DNA of 64,000 nucleotides, taken from NCBI GenBank assembly GCA_039818205.1, contig JBCBUK010000003.1:32001-96000 (forward strand). Reading direction: 5' to 3'. This stretch comes from Verrucomicrobiota bacterium (GTDB lineage Bacteria > Verrucomicrobiota > Verrucomicrobiia > Opitutales > Cerasicoccaceae). The notes below the pieces were generated by a model, which was not told where the DNA came from, ran no database searches, and saw nothing but the letters and a program-made list of their open reading frames with translations. The translations under genes were made by a program, and so were the position numbers. Below are positions 60,163 through 64,000 of this stretch, one piece after another (positions within the stretch are counted from its first letter, which is position 1; every line of letters begins with the position of its first letter).

Positions 60163-62154
60163 ATGTCCGATCCCAACCAGCCAGCTGCTTGTTGCCACGC
60201 CGACTCCGACCCCGGATTGACGGCGGATGAACGTGCTTGGACCATGACTTGGCTCAAGGTTGGAATTGCCGCCGTGATGGCCGGGCAGGGGATGATTTTT
60301 GGCCTGGGGCTTAACACTGCCGACACCCCATTGACTCCGGATCAACCGATTTACTGGGTCTTGCATGGGGGGTTGTTGATCTCGGCGATCGTCGTGATTG
60401 CTTTGCTCGGCCCGCCGCTCCTGGCCAACACTTGGCAAGCCCTGCGCGCGCGTCGCATTACGGTTGAAGCCTTGTTCGTAATCAGCGCGGTTGGGGCACT
60501 GGGCGCTTCATTGACTTCATCACTGAGTGGAAGCGGGTCTGTTTACTACGAAGTGGTGGCCATTGTGTTGGCGATCTATACGGTTGGCAAAACGCTTGGA
60601 GCCCGGTCTCGTTCCCGAGCCCTGGCGGCGGTTCAGGAATTGCGAGAGAGTTTTGACTTCGCCTACTTGGAAACCTGTTGCGGGCAGCGGCGCCGAATAC
60701 CCGTGGATGAGCTCGCAATGGACTCATTGGTGTCCGTGGCTCCAGGGGAACCCTTTGCGGTCGATGGAGTGATTAAGCGAGGCGTGGGCGATGTAACCGA
60801 TACGGCGATGACGGGCGAGCTGGCACCGCATCGGTTGCAGCCAGGAGATGCCGTGTGGGCTGGATCTTATTCGGTCGACGGAACATTCATCGTAGAGCCA
60901 CGCGCGTTGCGCGGCGAACGAAAGATCGATGTCGTGCTCGATACAGTGGAGCAGGGGCGCTTGAAGCCGTCGGAACTGCAGCAGCAGGCCGACCAGTTGA
61001 TGCGGTGGTTTGTTCCCGTCGTGTTGGCCATCGCAATGATCACATTTTTGGCCTGGGGTGCCTCCGGTCATTGGACGCAGGCATTGTTCAACGCCATGGC
61101 GGTATTGCTCGTTGCCTGCCCGTGCGCGCTTGGGCTGGCCACGCCGATTGCGGTTTGGAGCCAGCTGCTTCACTTTTCTCGCATTGGGTTGACGGCCCGC
61201 ACCGGAGATTTTGGAGACCAACTGGCGCAGGCCGATCGAATCGTTTTCGACAAGACCGGTACGCTCAGTTTTGAAGCCTTGGAAGTGAACAACATCGACT
61301 TCGACCCGGCATTCGAACCGCGACGAACGGAATTGCTTGCCGCCGTGCGAGCGGTGGAGGGACTAAGTGCGCACCCTGTGGCTCGTGCCTTAGCTAAGAT
61401 CGAGGCCGACCCGGCAGTTTCTGTTGAACCTTTATCAATCACCCAGCATCCGGGACGCGGAGTCGAAGCGCTCGTTCGGTTGCCTGCGGGCACGGAATCC
61501 GTCTTGCGCATTGGTGCTCGAGATTTTGTTCAGGATACCGGTTCCGGAACGGTCAGTGTTGAGACTCGAACGGCTAAGCGAGAGGTTCTGTTTTCGCTCG
61601 ATGGCGCATACTGTGGGCGTTTCCTGTTGAGCGAGGAATTGCGGCCAGATTTGGAGCCGTCTCTAGAGCAGCTGCGTCATGCCGGAGTGGCGGTTTCGAT
61701 TCTAACGGGAGACCCCGCACCGATCCACACCGAGCTCGCGGGAGTCGTGGTCGAATCCGGTTTAGCGCCTGAGGACAAGCTTGAGCGAGTGCGAAGGTGG
61801 CAAGCTGCGGGTGAGCGCGTTGTATTTGTTGGCGATGGGCTCAATGATGCCGCCGCAATGAGCCATGCGGACGCGGCCATTGCGATGGGCCAAGGAGCCG
61901 ATCTAAGCCGGGCAACCGCGCCTGCGGTTTTGATGGGCGAGTCGCTTTCTCCCATTCCGCGAGCATTGGCGATCGCTCAACGAGTGCGCCGAGCCGTGCA
62001 GGGTAATTTGATGTTTGCCGGTTTTTATAATTTCGTCGGGATGGGTCTCGCGGCAGGAGGCATCCTGCATCCGGTTGTGGCTGCGTTGTTGATGCTTTTT
62101 TCGAGTGTTGGCGTATCGGTGCGTGCCGCTCGCAGTGCCCGCGCACTGGATTAA
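60163..62154 (+). CDS. Heavy-metal-translocating P1B-type ATPase (Cu+/CcoI-like)
   Basis: TGE, ACPCALGLATP, DKTGT, HP, TGD, GDGLND, YN, M..SS. Confidence 0.9.
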   Translation: MSDPNQPAACCHADSDPGLTADERAWTMTWLKVGIAAVMAGQGMIFGLGLNTADTPLTPDQPIYWVLHGGLLISAIVVIALLGPPLLANTWQALRARRITVEALFVISAVGALGASLTSSLSGSGSVYYEVVAIVLAIYTVGKTLGARSRSRALAAVQELRESFDFAYLETCCGQRRRIPVDELAMDSLVSVAPGEPFAVDGVIKRGVGDVTDTAMTGELAPHRLQPGDAVWAGSYSVDGTFIVEPRALRGERKIDVVLDTVEQGRLKPSELQQQADQLMRWFVPVVLAIAMITFLAWGASGHWTQALFNAMAVLLVACPCALGLATPIAVWSQLLHFSRIGLTARTGDFGDQLAQADRIVFDKTGTLSFEALEVNNIDFDPAFEPRRTELLAAVRAVEGLSAHPVARALAKIEADPAVSVEPLSITQHPGRGVEALVRLPAGTESVLRIGARDFVQDTGSGTVSVETRTAKREVLFSLDGAYCGRFLLSEELRPDLEPSLEQLRHAGVAVSILTGDPAPIHTELAGVVVESGLAPEDKLERVRRWQAAGERVVFVGDGLNDAAAMSHADAAIAMGQGADLSRATAPAVLMGESLSPIPRALAIAQRVRRAVQGNLMFAGFYNFVGMGLAAGGILHPVVAALLMLFSSVGVSVRAARSARALD

Positions 62155-62227
62155 GCGAACCGCAACCGCTGGAATAAATAGTTTTGCTCGTTCAGCTGGA
62201 ATCGATAGGATTGGCGGTTTAAATCAT

Positions 62228-62692
62228 ATGAGTGATCTGAGTTCGAACCCCGCTGAAGATGTCGCCACGCCAGAAACGCCCAAAGAGATCGATCCAACGC
62301 CTTGGATCGGTGTAGATTTGGACGGGACCTTGGCCAAGTTTTCTTCCTGGCACGGGATCAATCATATTGGAAAGCCGATTCCGGATATGATGAAACGTGT
62401 CCGTCGCTGGCGTACGGAAGGCCGTAAGGTGAAGATCTTCACGGCCCGTGCAGCCCACGAAGAGTATTTGCCGCCTATTCGCAAGTGGTTGAAGAAGCAC
62501 AAGCTGGAGGACATGGAAATTACCAACGAACTCGATCCCTACGTAGTCGAAATCTGGGACGATCGGGCCATTCAGGTGATTACGAATTCGGCTCGTATCA
62601 TCCGCCACCCGTCGGTCACCGCGCGCCCAAAGGCGCCGCTGCTCGAAGAAGCGTTTCCGCACGAAGGTCGCCCCTCCTTAAGCGACCGATAG
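62228..62692 (+). CDS. Small capless HAD-superfamily protein
   Basis: WIGVDLDGTLA, IFTAR, WDDRA. Likely start at ATG 62228. Confidence 0.7.
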   Translation: MSDLSSNPAEDVATPETPKEIDPTPWIGVDLDGTLAKFSSWHGINHIGKPIPDMMKRVRRWRTEGRKVKIFTARAAHEEYLPPIRKWLKKHKLEDMEITNELDPYVVEIWDDRAIQVITNSARIIRHPSVTARPKAPLLEEAFPHEGRPSLSDR

Positions 62693-62705
62693 AACTGCCC
62701 AAGCG

Positions 62706-63710
62706 TTAGGCTTTGGGCAGGTAGTCGTCCTTGGTTTCGGCAATAACCGCGATGACTGCGTCGTGCACGTGGGAATTGGACGCAACGACTCCCTGATTGC
62801 CCGCCAAGGTCTTGCCTTGGGAGAAATCCAGTGGCTTGCCGTGGATGTCCGTCACGCGTCCGCCGGCTTCAACGACTGCCAGCATGCCCGCAGCGTGATC
62901 CCAAATCTTTTCCTGATAACCGGGGCGCGTTGGCAAGCGCAAGTAGATGGAGGCATCGCCTCGTCCAACGGCGGCGTATTTGCACTGGCTGTCCATGCGG
63001 ACGGATTCTCCGGTGATACCAAGTCTTTCGGCGATTGCAGCCGACCAATCGTGTTTGGAGTGTCCGCTTTCGACGGACTCACAAAGGCGGGCGAGGGCCG
63101 GGTTCACGGTGTCATCAACGGATGCTCCGGCGAGCATCTTGCCGTCCATGTCAAAAATTTCCGTTCCATGATTGTGTTGCGAAACGATCAGGCAACCAAT
63201 TGGGCTACCGGGAACATCGTGCTGTTGCGGTAGCGCCGGGCACCCGAGAATACCAAGAACGACTTCCCCGTTCTCGATCAAGGCAAGTGCAACTGCGTAT
63301 TGATCTTTGCGCAAAAAGCCTTTGGTGCCATCGATTGGATCTAGGGTCCAGAAACGACCATCTTTGCCGCCAAGGGCATTCCCTCGATCAATGGATGCGA
63401 GGACCTCCTGTTCCGTAGTGTCTGGAAGGATTGCCTGAACTTCTGTGGTAACGCGGCTCCGGAGTTCGGCATTGGCATCGCCGACAAGGTCCGCGGCATC
63501 TTCTTCTGCGACAACGGTATCGTCGGGATACGCGTCTTTCAGCTTGGACAAAATAACGGCCTGGGCTCCAAAGTCTGCAATGGTGACCGGCGAGCGGTCG
63601 TCCTTTTGCTTGTGGTCTCCCTCGCCAAGGCGTTGGCGGACGTTTTCACAGAGTTGACTCGCGGCGATCACAGCTGCGATCGCAGTTTCTTGTTCAGCAT
63701 TCCAATTCAT
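62706..63710 (-). CDS. 3'(2'),5'-bisphosphate nucleotidase, HAL2/SAL1 type
   Basis: KDDRSPVTIADFGAQA, EE, WTLDPIDGTKGFLR..QYA, ESVESGHS, RMDSQCKY, EKIWDHAAG. Confidence 0.92.
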   Translation of the reverse strand: MNWNAEQETAIAAVIAASQLCENVRQRLGEGDHKQKDDRSPVTIADFGAQAVILSKLKDAYPDDTVVAEEDAADLVGDANAELRSRVTTEVQAILPDTTEQEVLASIDRGNALGGKDGRFWTLDPIDGTKGFLRKDQYAVALALIENGEVVLGILGCPALPQQHDVPGSPIGCLIVSQHNHGTEIFDMDGKMLAGASVDDTVNPALARLCESVESGHSKHDWSAAIAERLGITGESVRMDSQCKYAAVGRGDASIYLRLPTRPGYQEKIWDHAAGMLAVVEAGGRVTDIHGKPLDFSQGKTLAGNQGVVASNSHVHDAVIAVIAETKDDYLPKA

Positions 63711-63786
63711 AGTAGGGTCTTCTATAAGGACACTTGCAAGAAATGCCGCTAGTGAAAACCCCTAAATGCAAAGGGAATCCAATCAG

Positions 63787-64000
63787 CTATTTCGCTGTCT
63801 CAACGAAGCGCTGTTCACGCACCACGGTGACCTTGATCGAACCTGGATAGCTTAGCTCTTCCTCGATACGTCGGCGCAGGTGACGGGCGAGGCGACGAGC
63901 CTCCGAATCGTCCATGCGATCGGGCTCGACGATTACGCGAATCTCCCGCCCCGCCTGCACGGCGTAGGCCTCGGACACGCCGATTATTTCTCGGGCCAAA
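63787..64000 (-). CDS. rny: Ribonuclease Y, C-terminal fragment (gene continues beyond the window)
   Basis: [16 protein letters not shown]...[20 protein letters not shown]...AK is the RNase Y C-terminus. Confidence 0.85.
   Translation of the reverse strand, partial: LAREIIGVSEAYAVQAGREIRVIVEPDRMDDSEARRLARHLRRRIEEELSYPGSIKVTVVREQRFVETAK

Overview
A gene-dense, mostly core chromosomal window from a moderately GC-rich diderm bacterium. It is probably Verrucomicrobiota (Opitutia-like), inferred from an Amuc_1098-1102-type pilus/secretin cluster together with dapL, lpxK and type II glutamine synthetase. It holds about 48 CDS: glnII, beta-carbonic anhydrase, MFS and cation transporters, a DUF62 SAM hydrolase, a Ski2-like helicase, lpxK, dapL, pdhAB, hisG, metX, bcp, a P1B ATPase and the 3' end of rny. 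It also has one tRNA-Ser(TGA), several intrinsic terminators, a minor-pilin triplet and a secretin operon ending in a large surface protein. I saw no CRISPR array, integrase or transposase. The best find is below the ORF track's size cutoff: a 24-aa, 7-Cys metallothionein-like ORF (13157-13231, minus strand, MIENTTNPQACTGCECGCCGCGCK). It sits directly downstream of an 8-Cys ArsR/SmtB repressor, has a matching operator palindrome in front of each gene, and is followed by its own terminator. All product calls come from motif recognition by eye; no database searches were run.
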